Shown here piece after piece: positions 11,801 to 24,868 of a stretch of DNA of 26,210 nucleotides. The stretch spans positions 62,001-88,210 of the forward strand of contig LVLI01000593.1 in assembly GCA_001687465.1 (NCBI GenBank), in the 5' to 3' direction. The notes beneath the pieces were generated by a model. The model searched no databases. It was not told the origin of the DNA and saw only the letters and a program-made list of their open reading frames with translations. The position numbers and the translations under genes are program-made. How positions within the stretch are numbered: position 1 is the stretch's first letter; each line of letters begins with the position of its first letter. This DNA comes from Halocafeteria seosinensis (lineage: Eukaryota).

Positions 11801-14800
11801 AAAAGGGTGCACCAAGTGATATCTTCTGGTCTCATTGCCATGGGGCTCTTAGGCATCCACGACAGTAAATCTCCAGAGTTACTAGAATGGATCCTATTGG
11901 CGCTTTCGTCGATGTGATTGGTAAACGATGACACGGCACGTACTAGGGGCTTTAAGTCTGCTTCCTCCTGCGGTTGCATGCTGTTAATATTACCAGCTTC
12001 TGTGTCGTCTGGGGCTGACTCTAATTTTAGACCTGCATTTTGAAGTCGTCTCAACTCATCGTCTACTGCATCGCTAGTATACCCTTCTCTTCCTTTGGAT
12101 GCTTTATCTTGGGGGCTCGGTTTCTGGTTTCCCTTAGAGGACCCTTGCCAAACATACTCATACTCTACAATATACTCCGGAAGGGCGAGCACAGGGTCGA
12201 TGGAAACCCACTGCCGCTGTTTGGAATCGTCTTCCCTCTCCTGGACGACAGTATGCAAGGCTGCTGGTAGCTGTTCTGGCAGCGTATTTTCTTCGTCCGA
12301 GTGTACAGACGCACGGGAGTTATTATCATCATCATCATCGTCATCATGGAAATTCGCAAAATCCTTTTGCTCAGCCTCTCCCTCTTCTTCTCCGGCCTGG
12401 GGAGCAGTTGCCTTGAGGCGGTCCATGTAGTCGCTAAAGCGAACGGCAGCAGCTTCAGCTGTGTCACAATTTCCTAAAAACACTTTGCAGATAATCAAGG
12501 CCCCTTCACACACCGCAGGTTCCGTAAGAGGAACATCAGGCTTTTCATCCTTAACATCATCTGCTGTAGCACTTTGAAGGAGCTGAAGTGTTTGCTTGTC
12601 GCCTGGATCAATACCAGCGTTGCGGAGCCACTTATTGACACCCATCTTAAAGCCACCGTGTCTTGCCGCTGATGCAGAGGCCGTATTCCCCGCAACACTG
12701 GGCTCCACACTTTTGTTCAGTAAGCTTGAGTTGTTCTGATGGTTACGTTGACTTTTCGTCGGAGAGGAGCTCGTCCGTTTCCACTCGGTATGCTTCTCAA
12801 GGAGGGATGAAGATGCTTCAGCTACCCGGGGCAGATCTAACGCAGCAAGGGAATTGGAAAAAGGAACACCCTTCGTCCACACGTTGTTACCGTTGTCATT
12901 ATTTTGACCCTGCATTGAGCTGTTCAAAGCATTCAACGCTTCCACGTTCTCCGCAGCTCTCTGTTGCTCGTCAAGCTCAGCGATGCTTCTCTGTTTCCCA
13001 AAGCGTCGCTGCTTCGGCGCATAAGAAGGGAGAGACTCCTTAGCGTAGTTAACATCCGGTACTAGCGGTGGTGAAGGAACGCTGACAGTCGCATGCGACT
13101 TCTTAAATCCTTCTTCAGAGATTTTCTGGATCTCACCTAGCACATCCTCCGGCCGGCGTATCGATGATTTTCCCTCCCATTCAGGCGAGTAAAACAGATA
13201 CTCCAATGGTCTCCGCATGGAATTACCACTCTTCATGTTACCACTGCTTCCATTCATATTCGAGCTTCGATGAGATTCCGCACTCAGCGCCGGCGACAGC
13301 TCCGGAAATTTTTGCAATATTGTATTCATCCTTTGGTCAAATTTAGTACGAAGAAGTCGATTATGGATCCGAGTGACGCGGTGAACTTTCAAGCCTTTGA
13401 TACCTAGCTTTGCAAAATCACGTTTGTAGAAGCGCGATTTCAGCAAATCGATACAAGAGTTAAACCAGACATCTGAGGGTTTGCCATCCTCAAGCCTGAT
13501 GTTACCTCCTGTCCCGAGCTCTAGCAACATTCGGGAGGTGTTTTTGGATGCGATATTAATAAGCCGCTCTTGAAGGACCTGATATTGTGCTCTTAACATA
13601 GCCGCTTCCATTTGGAATTTACGAATACGTTCCTCCAATCCTCGGACACTCTCCAGATAGTGGTCCCACTCCTGTGTCGTGAGTGAGTGCATTATTGCCT
13701 TTTCCTCTACGGACAGCTTCGGCGGCTCGGTCTTCACAGCCATGCTATGAGACCCACTAGGCTCTTTGTTTTCTTCCCGACCCTCATTGTCTTCCTTCGA
13801 GTCAGGATCAGCCCCAGCCGCCTGACGATATTGCCTTGAGAAATCCCGATATTTCTTAATAAAGCTTATCTCATTGTACTGCAACTTATTAGCATCTTGC
13901 TCCAAGATTCGAATATGTTCCTGAGCATCTTGACACTGATTCATCATGTCGCACCAGTCATCTCTTCGTGGGAAAATAGCGTGCACCTCCACCCTCTCCT
14001 CTATATCCCTGCGTACGAGTGCTCGCTTAAGGTACAAATCTGAACATAATTTTTCGAGGGTGCGAACATGTCTTGTCAGAGATTGCCTCGCTCTCTTGAT
14101 CATATTCGTAGTATTCCTCTTAAGCGTCTTTATTCGCATGTTGTAGTACATGTGTTTTTTCATATACGTAGCTTCAGCGACATTCTTGATGTCAGAAGTT
14201 ACAGGTACTGTATCGAGAACCTCAACTTGCGGGAGTTGATACAGAACAAATGTTTGATAATTGCACAGCTTGCACACTGGGTTGCAGCCCCAGTGAGGGT
14301 CACTTAATGCCAACCATTTCATTGATTCAAGTCGCCGTAGAGAGAGTAATTCCTTGAAATGTCCGATCCTATTGTGGGCTAAATTGAGCTCCTCCAGCTT
14401 CTGGTTCGGATCAAGGGCATCCCCGATTTCTTCGATTCGATTTCTCGCTAATGACAATTCCTTTAACTGACTCAAATGTTCTAGCCCCTTGATTTCCCTA
14501 ATTTTATTATCGTTGATCCACAGCTTTCTTAGCGCTACGAGATTCTCCAAACCGGTAATTTCTGCCAAACCATTTGAATCCAAAACTAAGGTCCGTAGAT
14601 CCGATAAATGATCCAAATTTTCGATTTTCTTTATGTTGCATTCGACAAGCCACAAATGTTCTAATTTTGAACATCCTAACTGTGGCAGGTTAATTCGCCC
14701 AAACGAAGGCGCCTGGATGACCGTTGCTTTCCTCAAGTTCGGAAGTATCGTTAGAGTATCACACCGAAGATGCTGAGTCTGAAAGGCATCTACCTCCTTC

Positions 14801-15171
14801 AAAGTTTGTGTTTTCTCCTTTAATTGACTTAGCTTCTTAACTCCCACGATATCAGCCAATTCCCAAGTCGATTTGTCGGAGGTGATTCGCTGCTGCTTTC
14901 CATGGTCACTCCCAGCGCCCGCCTTTGAGGATGCAGAACCCTCTGCATCATTTCCATCTGCTCCACCACCTGGAGTGTTCGTATCTGACATATTGCCTTC
15001 TATAGAGGCATCAGGAGACGGGGAAGTTGAGACTGGAGTTTCCTCCGTAGAGTCTTTCCTCTCATGCTCCTCTTCGTCTTCCATTTGGCACACTTTCCTC
15101 CGGCTGCGATTTCCCTGTTTTCCTTTGGCAGCTGAAGAGCCACCGGGTTTCCGAGGGGACTTGCTCTCCAT
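8861..15171 (-). CDS. LRRC9: Leucine-rich repeat-containing protein 9 (LRRC9/FAP234-like ciliary protein), about 2059 aa, 3 exons
   Basis: Exons 15171-10614, 10553-10336, 10264-8861. SDS22-type LRR blocks with LRR caps (NPVCKLCNYQTFVLYQLPQVEVLD, NPIVQSNNYRLYTVFNLRRLKVLDG) flank a middle region with motifs I recognise from LRRC9: YYNMRIKTL, ELGTGGNIRLEDG..DVWF.SC.DL..SRF, LIICKVFLG, LPEYIVEYEY. Confidence 0.88.
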
Positions 15172-15481
15172 TGTAGTACAGCGAAAACAATAGTTTTACG
15201 CAGTTAATTTCAACTTGCGTCCGAAGGAAGCCCTTACTTTCGGAGCCATATATCTCTGTCCATGCACCACTTTTGGAAGCTAAACCAAGATGAGTACAAT
15301 CATTTGTCTCTTGGTTTTCATATTAGACAAAAATATTTCCCCAGGACCAAGTCTATATGTGTTTAAAAAGGCATCAAAGCCCCTGGCGAACGCCTGTGTA
15401 ACCCACAAACGGCAAGTGAAACAATTGATTGGCACATTCACAGATGCAATAAAAGATTGTCTCGTTTTGCGAGCTGCGCGT

Positions 15482-15499
15482 CGCGAGTCGCGACTCGCG
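15482..15499. repeat. Perfect 18-bp palindrome CGCGAGTCGCGACTCGCG in the divergent intergenic region
   Basis: Read directly from the sequence. Confidence 0.9.
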
Positions 15500-16062
15500 C
15501 GAGTGGCCGTATATTATGTTGATGGTCTTGGAGTGGCGTGTCGTGACCCGTCTGAGGGACGGAAACGGATACGACTGAGGAAGGATGATATATACGGAGG
15601 AAATGGTGCTCTGGTAGACGACAGGTGCATGGGGAACGTCAGGGTATTGTTGCATCTTGTTTTGTGGTTGTGACTGAACTCACTCTCGCTTGCCATCCAT
15701 CAATAGCCAGAGTAGGTACGGTGATGGACACTTGTCTAAAGTCTTGCGGCCTAGATTCTAGTTAAGATGCATATTCCCTCTAGCTTTCAACCGCTATTTT
15801 GTTTTTGTTTTTTGCTGGTGCTTCGATCCGAGTTCCCTGGTCTCTCATCGGCTTGGGATGCACGTTTGAAATGTTCGTGACCGTCGAGGCGACTTCGTCA
15901 TTCCTTGTGTGGCGAACTGCTCAGCAGCGATTGTGGCCCTGCACTTCCACACAGAGAGACTGGGTTACTTTGTTATTTATGCTTTCTTTTTACTGTTCAG
16001 GCGATGTGTAAATGAGTCTTGAACCCGTAAAAACTTTTACTCTTGACCTTGCAAGCATAACA

Positions 16063-16085
16063 AGCCAATATTGGCTCGGGCCAAT
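16063..16085. promoter_or_regulatory. Cluster of three CCAAT boxes (14-bp palindrome AGCCAATATTGGCT plus CCAAT at 16081)
   Basis: Motifs seen directly about 360 bp upstream of the ATG at 16442; regulatory function is inferred only. Confidence 0.35.
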
Positions 16086-16441
16086 GGCCATATAGCTGGC
16101 AGCTCGACTTCAACGTGTGGAAGTTCGACGAATGAATTAGACCGTATCTAGCGCGGACATTGAAACTTTCGAATGTACATTCTAAGACTGATTTGTGCTT
16201 ATCGAGCAAAATAATCAATTGCCAAGATTACGTCGTTTGGGTTAACGGCTGCCCAGCTTGTGAACTTTATCTTCACAAATCCGGTTGAGGTATTTTCTCC
16301 CTCTTTTGTCTCTTATTGGTCTCCGTATACTGGAATTGACGCCATATTTGAAGTTTTATGTACAGCATCTAGTTGTTCCTCGCATGCTTGCCTCAGAATA
16401 GGTTGAGAGAAGGCGCTTTGGCTCGGCCGCGACCAATTCCA

Positions 16442-19400
16442 ATGGAAGGAGGACTGGCTTCAGGAGGGCGATATTTGGCGTTTCGGGAGCTTTTACGCCA
16501 TACCCGTCATTCCACAGAGTCACTGGATCAGCTGGCATCCTGCTGTATCCGTGAATTTGCTACCGATGGGTTTGTTGAGTCGGCAGAGAATGCGCCGATT
16601 GTGGAAGAGCGTACGCGCGATACCTGTGATGACGAATATGGAGAAAATACGGCATACCCGCGCAACAATACGGATAATGCGGATAGAAACAAGCAGTTTC
16701 GCCTGTTATTCATGTGTGCTGTGGGGATGTGGAGCCCTGAGAGTGAACATGTCTTTTTGAGGCATTTCTTCCAGCAACGGAATTCAAATGATGACAAAAA
16801 GACCGCTAGTAGTGTTCATAATGTCAACAGGCCTTCGAACAAGACGCTCAAGGATTGTTTCAGGAATCTTCTCTCCATCGGAAAAGGCAAAACAAGTGGC
16901 ATGCGCGGTATTGCGGTCCTGGTTTTGCTTAAATTGGTGATGGTTCCTTCAGACAGTGATTCAGACATCTACTTGAATGCCCAGCGACAGGAGAAGATAC
17001 GACGACTTTTACTAGGGGAAAGCAAAGCATGCAATCTTCTTCGGCTATTAATGGAATGCTTAGACATAGTACATGTTCTACCGGTTTCATGCAAGCGAAT
17101 GCTTGACGAGGATAAGTTGGGAAAAGTTTCTGATAAACGCGTGCGGCAGACTCTACAAGGACTTGTCCAGGAAAGAACAATTGCAGTCTCTGTGGAGCAC
17201 CAATTTGCTATTTTTCATCACGAAATGTGCAACTTAATTGTTGCCTCATTCAGTCTTATTTTCCAGGGTAACATTGCAGATCTATCATGTAAATTTTTTG
17301 ACAAATCGGTCCTGTCGGTAGCACGAAACAACTGCAGTGGTTGGGCAGCTTCTTTGGTGTCCAATCCGCAGAGTTGTCATTCTCGGAAAATTGAGTCCAC
17401 AATGGAAATATTGAGAAAAGTATCATCGGCTTCAAATGAGTGGAAGGGTGATATTCAGTGCATTCGAGCCATACTAAGCATTCTGGATGAACGTCTACAC
17501 AGAGCGTCTTCAAATACCGTTGCCACATTGTTGGTGAAGTCACTATGGTTTCTCCTGGATAAAGCTTTACTAAGATGGGATGGGTCTCCTAGAATGTCTC
17601 TGGCTTATCTTGTCTTTGCTAATCTGACTGACCTCGTTAACGGGAAAGAGTCAGAACTTCAATCGTCGAGCTCCTGTATGAGTGTTCTGCCGAAGATCGT
17701 TCAACAACTGACTTCGCAGCTTGACACCAGCCGCTGTGTAACTAGCACGGGCAACGTCGAGACAACCTCGTACCCCATCGCTCCCTGGCGTTTGCTGCTA
17801 AATGCTGTCCGGCTATCGGAAGCTGCCACTGTAAACTCTCAACATTTTATCAATGGCGTTTACCGGCTTTCCTACAAGCAGTTCCAGTTCGTATGTGACA
17901 CCCTGGATAAAGAATTGTCAGGCACGTACAATGAGAAGGCACTTGCTAACCTGGGTTACCAAATTTGTGACACTGGGACGAAACAGAGTGAGTCTGTTAA
18001 CATGCTTCGTGCTCAAATACCCTCCGGAGGCATAGCAGCAATTCTGCTCCTCACGGCTGGAACGCTGGGTCAGCAAAGACCGCAAGATATCCAGGACGTC
18101 CTTTTGTTGACCGCTTCGGCTCTCTCTGTTGAGAGCTATCGAGAACAAATGCATATTTCCGACGCCGCCTACAAGAATCTCTTCAAAGAGATGGAACAGG
18201 GTTGGCGTGATTTAAGTGCTCTCAGTAACAGCTCCGACGTTCTCCCGTTTTCGGCGCGACTCTCGTCGTTGATTCGACTCGCTCCCACTCAAAAGAGTGT
18301 GTGTTCCCTACATGGATGTAGCGACGCAGATCCTTATGAAGCCGCTATTGTTCTCATGGAAGCGTACGAAGACTCTCAGCGGGAGCTTACGTCAGTGAGG
18401 GAGAAAATGTCTTCCTTGACAGATAACTACCAGAGACAACTTGAGGAACTCGAAGCCCAATTGAGGAACGCTCGAAACGAAAGGGAAACGTTTCAGAACG
18501 AAATATCCAGACTGTATGAAGAGAAGAGTTCGAATTATGAGGCCTATCAACAGATGAAGAAAGATAGGGACTATTTCGAACGCTGCTGGGAACAACTACA
18601 GCGGCATGAACAACAGGAGAGGGAGCAGCAAGATGATGACATTGCTCGGTTGCGAAGCGAGCTGCAGCAGGCACAACAAGATAACGACGGGCTAAGAAAG
18701 CAACTTCGGCAGAAGATGAAACTTGAAAAAGAAATAAAACGTCTTTTATCAGGAAATGACACATCCACATGTCGACAAGATGCAACAGAGGTTTTGAGTC
18801 AGTGGATCGAGGCGTCGCAGAATACAACTGGCGTTTCGCATGGAAATGAGGACCACTTTACAATGAATGATGAGGAAATAGAAAACGCCTTAACTAATTC
18901 TGAGGAGGAAGCAAATGCCGCTCTAGAGTCCCAGTCCAATCTACAAGAAGGTGGTAATGTCGTGAATGACCTCTCCCGGCGGTTTTCCTACATTTCTCCC
19001 GTTACGAATCGGGGCAGCGTTAGCCAAAATTATCTTGGTTGTGGATCCAAAGCAGACTTGTCAGGAGATGAACAGGTTGCCACTCAGCGAACCCAACATA
19101 ATAATGCCCCAGGTTATGAGGATGATAGAGGACAAGAGATCTCTTCAGATGTGCTCCGCACTCAGTCCCGACGGGCACACAAGCGTCCAACAAGGACTCC
19201 AAAAAGCGCTCTCCGAAAACAACTGACGCCTACAACAAAACGCGTCACCATCTCTTCGCCTGTGTCTCGCCGCCAGCATAGCTCTCAGCAGACAGTGAAT
19301 CAGCAGAACCATAAGCAAGGGAGCAATAATAACTCGACACTATGGCAAGCTTTCGAGGATCTGCCGGTGGAAGAAGCTGTCCATGCGGCTTCGCGACAAG

Positions 19401-19735
19401 ATCAGAAGCAGCATGTAGATGACGGTACTACTGTTACCGGAAATAAGTTCGTGTATTCTCCAAGTCCTGTGAGGACTCCTAAAACCCGTCGCGTAAGCTC
19501 GTCCGCTAAAAAGAAGCCACAGCGGCCGGGCTCTCGTTCCAAAAACCGTGACGACGACAACGGGCAGCACTACCATCACTATTATTCCAACGAAGATGAT
19601 TGGCTACTGCACGAGCAACAACATCATCAGGAGCATCATCGCCGTGGGGGTGGCGCCGAGGAGGAAGACAAAGAGAACATGTTGGATGCTCTCGTAACGG
19701 ATATCACTGCAAGTACATTCCACGGCTACGAATGA
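16442..19735 (+). CDS. Hypothetical protein, about 1097 aa: helical-repeat-like N-terminal part, central coiled coil, disordered S/T-P-rich tail
   Basis: Uninterrupted 3.3-kb ORF with first ATG at 16442 (upstream exons not excluded). Heptad-rich segment (YQRQLEELEAQLRNARNERETFQNEISRLYEE...), multiple SP/TP sites and DKENM near the C-terminus. Confidence 0.85.
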   Translation: MEGGLASGGRYLAFRELLRHTRHSTESLDQLASCCIREFATDGFVESAENAPIVEERTRDTCDDEYGENTAYPRNNTDNADRNKQFRLLFMCAVGMWSPESEHVFLRHFFQQRNSNDDKKTASSVHNVNRPSNKTLKDCFRNLLSIGKGKTSGMRGIAVLVLLKLVMVPSDSDSDIYLNAQRQEKIRRLLLGESKACNLLRLLMECLDIVHVLPVSCKRMLDEDKLGKVSDKRVRQTLQGLVQERTIAVSVEHQFAIFHHEMCNLIVASFSLIFQGNIADLSCKFFDKSVLSVARNNCSGWAASLVSNPQSCHSRKIESTMEILRKVSSASNEWKGDIQCIRAILSILDERLHRASSNTVATLLVKSLWFLLDKALLRWDGSPRMSLAYLVFANLTDLVNGKESELQSSSSCMSVLPKIVQQLTSQLDTSRCVTSTGNVETTSYPIAPWRLLLNAVRLSEAATVNSQHFINGVYRLSYKQFQFVCDTLDKELSGTYNEKALANLGYQICDTGTKQSESVNMLRAQIPSGGIAAILLLTAGTLGQQRPQDIQDVLLLTASALSVESYREQMHISDAAYKNLFKEMEQGWRDLSALSNSSDVLPFSARLSSLIRLAPTQKSVCSLHGCSDADPYEAAIVLMEAYEDSQRELTSVREKMSSLTDNYQRQLEELEAQLRNARNERETFQNEISRLYEEKSSNYEAYQQMKKDRDYFERCWEQLQRHEQQEREQQDDDIARLRSELQQAQQDNDGLRKQLRQKMKLEKEIKRLLSGNDTSTCRQDATEVLSQWIEASQNTTGVSHGNEDHFTMNDEEIENALTNSEEEANAALESQSNLQEGGNVVNDLSRRFSYISPVTNRGSVSQNYLGCGSKADLSGDEQVATQRTQHNNAPGYEDDRGQEISSDVLRTQSRRAHKRPTRTPKSALRKQLTPTTKRVTISSPVSRRQHSSQQTVNQQNHKQGSNNNSTLWQAFEDLPVEEAVHAASRQDQKQHVDDGTTVTGNKFVYSPSPVRTPKTRRVSSSAKKKPQRPGSRSKNRDDDNGQHYHHYYSNEDDWLLHEQQHHQEHHRRGGGAEEEDKENMLDALVTDITASTFHGYE

Positions 19736-19800
19736 ACACCAACCTCTCTTGCCCACATTAAGTTCGTTGGCATCATGATTATCACTCTTCTTGCTGTTGT

Positions 19801-20297
19801 TTACGAGGAGGAATTATTCTGCTCCTCATCCAAAAGTTTCTTCCAAGTTTCTTTGGAAGGATGCCGTCTGCGTGCGTACGTACGTATGTATATAAATATA
19901 AGTAAAATGAAAAAAAATAAAAATTCACTACCACTAACTAATAAATGATGTGCATGCACTTACCTGGCATGGTTTTCCTCCACCCTCTGCTGCTTCTCCT
20001 TCTGCACACGCATACACGTCATTTTGTCTTGAATGCTCCACTACATATACTATACTATAATGAATGAAATGCAAGCAATTAATAGTACCTTAAAACATCT
20101 GTCTAAATTACGCTTATAGTCATTGCAATGCCCGAAAAATTTGAGAAAAGGGTGCTCCTGATGACAGCGCACGAGGTCATCTACCTCCTGTAGGTATTAT
20201 AAGGCACTGGGATGATATAATGCACGATAGAAGTATTACGCAGGTACGCACGTACCTGCTGGCACAAAGGATGGGGTCGGAAGAGAGGAGGATGCAT
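19801..20297 (-). CDS. CMC2: COX assembly mitochondrial protein 2 (twin CX9C), 81 aa, 4 exons; absent from the ORF track
   Basis: Exons 20297-20256, 20187-20089, 20001-19964, 19867-19801 give MHPPLFRPHPLCQQEVDDLVRCHQEHPFLKFFGHCNDYKRNLDRCFKKEKQQRVEENHARRHPSKETWKKLLDEEQNNSSS, with exact C-X9-C twice and the MHP.L / CH..HP..KFFG.CN / C.K.E signature of Cmc2. Confidence 0.92.
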
Positions 20298-20455
20298 GGT
20301 TTACACTCGGGGTGGGTAGAATACGGACTCAATCAATCCCATGCGCGTGGATTACTCTAGATATTCTATACGACGTACTACGTCCGTCTATCTACGGTAT
20401 CCAGGTAGACAATGGATCATCTTCAACACCCCAAATAATCAAGGAAGATCCGGTT

Positions 20456-20527
20456 GAGACTTTGGATTCTCGGGTCTACACCGTCGCTGGAGAGCGATTG
20501 GGGTAGTAGACCGTCATGACAAGCCTC
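20456..20527 (-). promoter_or_regulatory. Eukaryotic SECIS element, type II, in the 3' UTR of the thioredoxin reductase
   Basis: Minus-strand RNA: helix I GAGGCUU/AAGUCUC; core AUGAC...CGAG; helix II GGUCUAC(U)ACC/GGUGUAGACC; unpaired CCAA; apical ministem UCGCU-CUCC-AGCGA. Core lies about 160 nt after the in-frame UGA. Confidence 0.9.
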
Positions 20528-20592
20528 TTTGGGGAGAAGATGGTATTTGAGAGAAGAACTATAAACAAAGTGCTGCTTCCCTCGGGAGGTAC

Positions 20593-20670
20593 CCCTCTCG
20601 ACACGAATGAGACTTGTTCCTTTCGCTTAGCAGGAAGCGAAAGAGAGACTCATTCCACGTGCCGAGAGGG
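20593..20670 (-). promoter_or_regulatory. 78-nt stem-loop immediately after the thioredoxin reductase stop codon (candidate Sec-recoding element)
   Basis: Three stacked helices: CCCUCUCGGCAC/GUGUCGAGAGGG, GAAUGAG/CUCAUUC, CUUUCGCUU/AAGCGAAAG, with a 6-nt loop. The structure is seen directly; the function is inferred. Confidence 0.6.
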
Positions 20671-20671
20671 C

Positions 20672-22995
<2,324 letters not shown>

Positions 22996-23557
22996 TATAG
23001 TCCCTTAAAAAACTTCCTTTTTTGTTCTCTCAGACCACTGAAAGTGAGTTTATTCACCCACTTTCCACTATCTATGACTGTTGTTACCACTCCTACGAGT
23101 ACGTAACAACCCTATTATTGTATACTGAAATGAGAGGGTATGCCATCCAAACAACCCTAACGCAATTATCCGTGCCACTACTCGGTGGAACTTCTGAGGA
23201 AGCCCCAGAGGAGATATTATGGTATATTACAACGAATTGGACAGAAGTGCCTCCAGATTTCATAAGAGACGACAAACATGGTGAGAGCAGAGCTGGATAC
23301 TGCAGATCCATATACAGGCAACTACCGGATTGACCTTTTCCTGGGAACAATGGAGTAAAATGACGTGCGCATGCCGAGATTTTATACATTGTTTGTTCAC
23401 GCAACATCCTTTACTTTTACTAGGCGAATTGCTTTAAACAAGCCTCGCGGAGAGGCTGGAAGCATTCTTTGTTTAGCCGATGGTACAACATCTCCACAGC
23501 AGAGATACAAGCCTCCTTCCACTCTCAAGTACAGAAAGTCCTTCACCCCCTTGGACC

Positions 23558-23575
23558 CATTCCAGGCCTGGAATG
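23558..23575. repeat. Perfect 18-bp palindrome CATTCCAGGCCTGGAATG
   Basis: Read directly from the sequence. Confidence 0.9.
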
Positions 23576-24868
23576 TGGGAGTTCTAGAGGCCCGCGGATT
23601 TCATACCACGATATGTGGCGGGTCATCGTACCCGGTCTCTCGGAAGGGTCGATGGATACTATCTCCAAACACCGGCTCATTTCCTTCTCCTGTACCGTCA
23701 GCCTCATCCTACTCCATGTCCCGCTTTAACAGCCTTCTCTGACACAAGGTCGAGAGCAGTTGAGAAGTCGGAGCTTTGAGTTTTCCAACGCTTCCTTCAA
23801 ACTTGTAGAAAGATAAATGAAGCACATCTGTAATAATCAGTATGGCCACAGCAGCCATCGCCACTCTTATAGGAAGACCTGTCATACTTGCGGACATGTC
23901 AACAAGTGGGACTCCAGGTCTCAAATTCCCTTTTATTCTTCAGATCCCTGCACATTGCCTTCAATAATCCGCCTTGGCTAGTTTTTCCACTAAACATGTG
24001 TTGTCCTACCACCTCATGAGGCTGATTCATCGACCCTCTAATGCTCTTAGACGACGTTTCATCAAGACTGCATTTGATGGCTGTTTACTAATTTCCAGTC
24101 CATATAACCCGATCCGAATCATCCGGGTATCTCACCATCTTGTCTAGTGCTGGCCTTTTCGAAGAAGTAGGACTTGGGATGTTCTTCATATTGCACAAGT
24201 ACCTCTGTTAACCACTACCAAGGATCCTCCTCGTATTCCCAATTTCGCTGAGACAACTTCGCCAGTATGGGCTAATGCCCCTTTCTCGTTGGCGACGATT
24301 GTTTTTCCTTTCCGTCTGAATGTGAATATTCTCTGTTGAGCCAACAAAACGATTGGAAACAAAGTACGCGTCGTTTCGTCTCTGGATGACAATGTTAGTC
24401 AATGGAGAGCCACACTCTATAGCTCGAAATCGTCAAAGCTTTCCAATCCTGTCTGGCAACGGAATGAAACTTGAGTTTTACAAACAAACAAAAATATAAT
24501 ACATATTTCCGCTTTGCACCGCTGGTCAAGCTGCTGAATTTCACACAGCGACTGTCTCATGCCATTTCATAGTGAAGCATTCCTGGGAGGACCTGTAGCC
24601 ACCTCCTGAATCGATGACAGAGCTGTGCTCAGAAGTAGCCGATGCGATGGCAAATTAATAGAGGCCCACAACCGTATACAATCAGCTCCCAATGACACTG
24701 TCCTCCCGGGACATACACGTATGAGGCCCTTTTTGGCCTGTCGACAACCTTTATCGTGATCGTGTTGTGCAGTCGTACCCTTATTACGCCTTGTATAGCT
24801 AGTTTCCGACCCTTATTTCCATTTTTGAACCATCTCTATCCACTTGAAAAGCTCTCTTCGACACAATT

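Noticed and set aside
15290..16260. Short ORFs between LRRC9 and the large plus-strand gene
   Set aside because: No consistent splice pattern or recognisable protein; treated as divergent promoter/UTR sequence.
19958..19969. ACTTACCTGGCA resembling the 5' end of U1 snRNA
   Set aside because: It is the reverse complement of the CMC2 intron 3 donor (CCAG|GTAAGT); no U1 stem-loops or Sm site follow.
20593..20670. Post-stop hairpin as a second SECIS
   Set aside because: Its AUGA is Watson-Crick paired to UCAU, with no opposing GA quartet and no unpaired apical AA.
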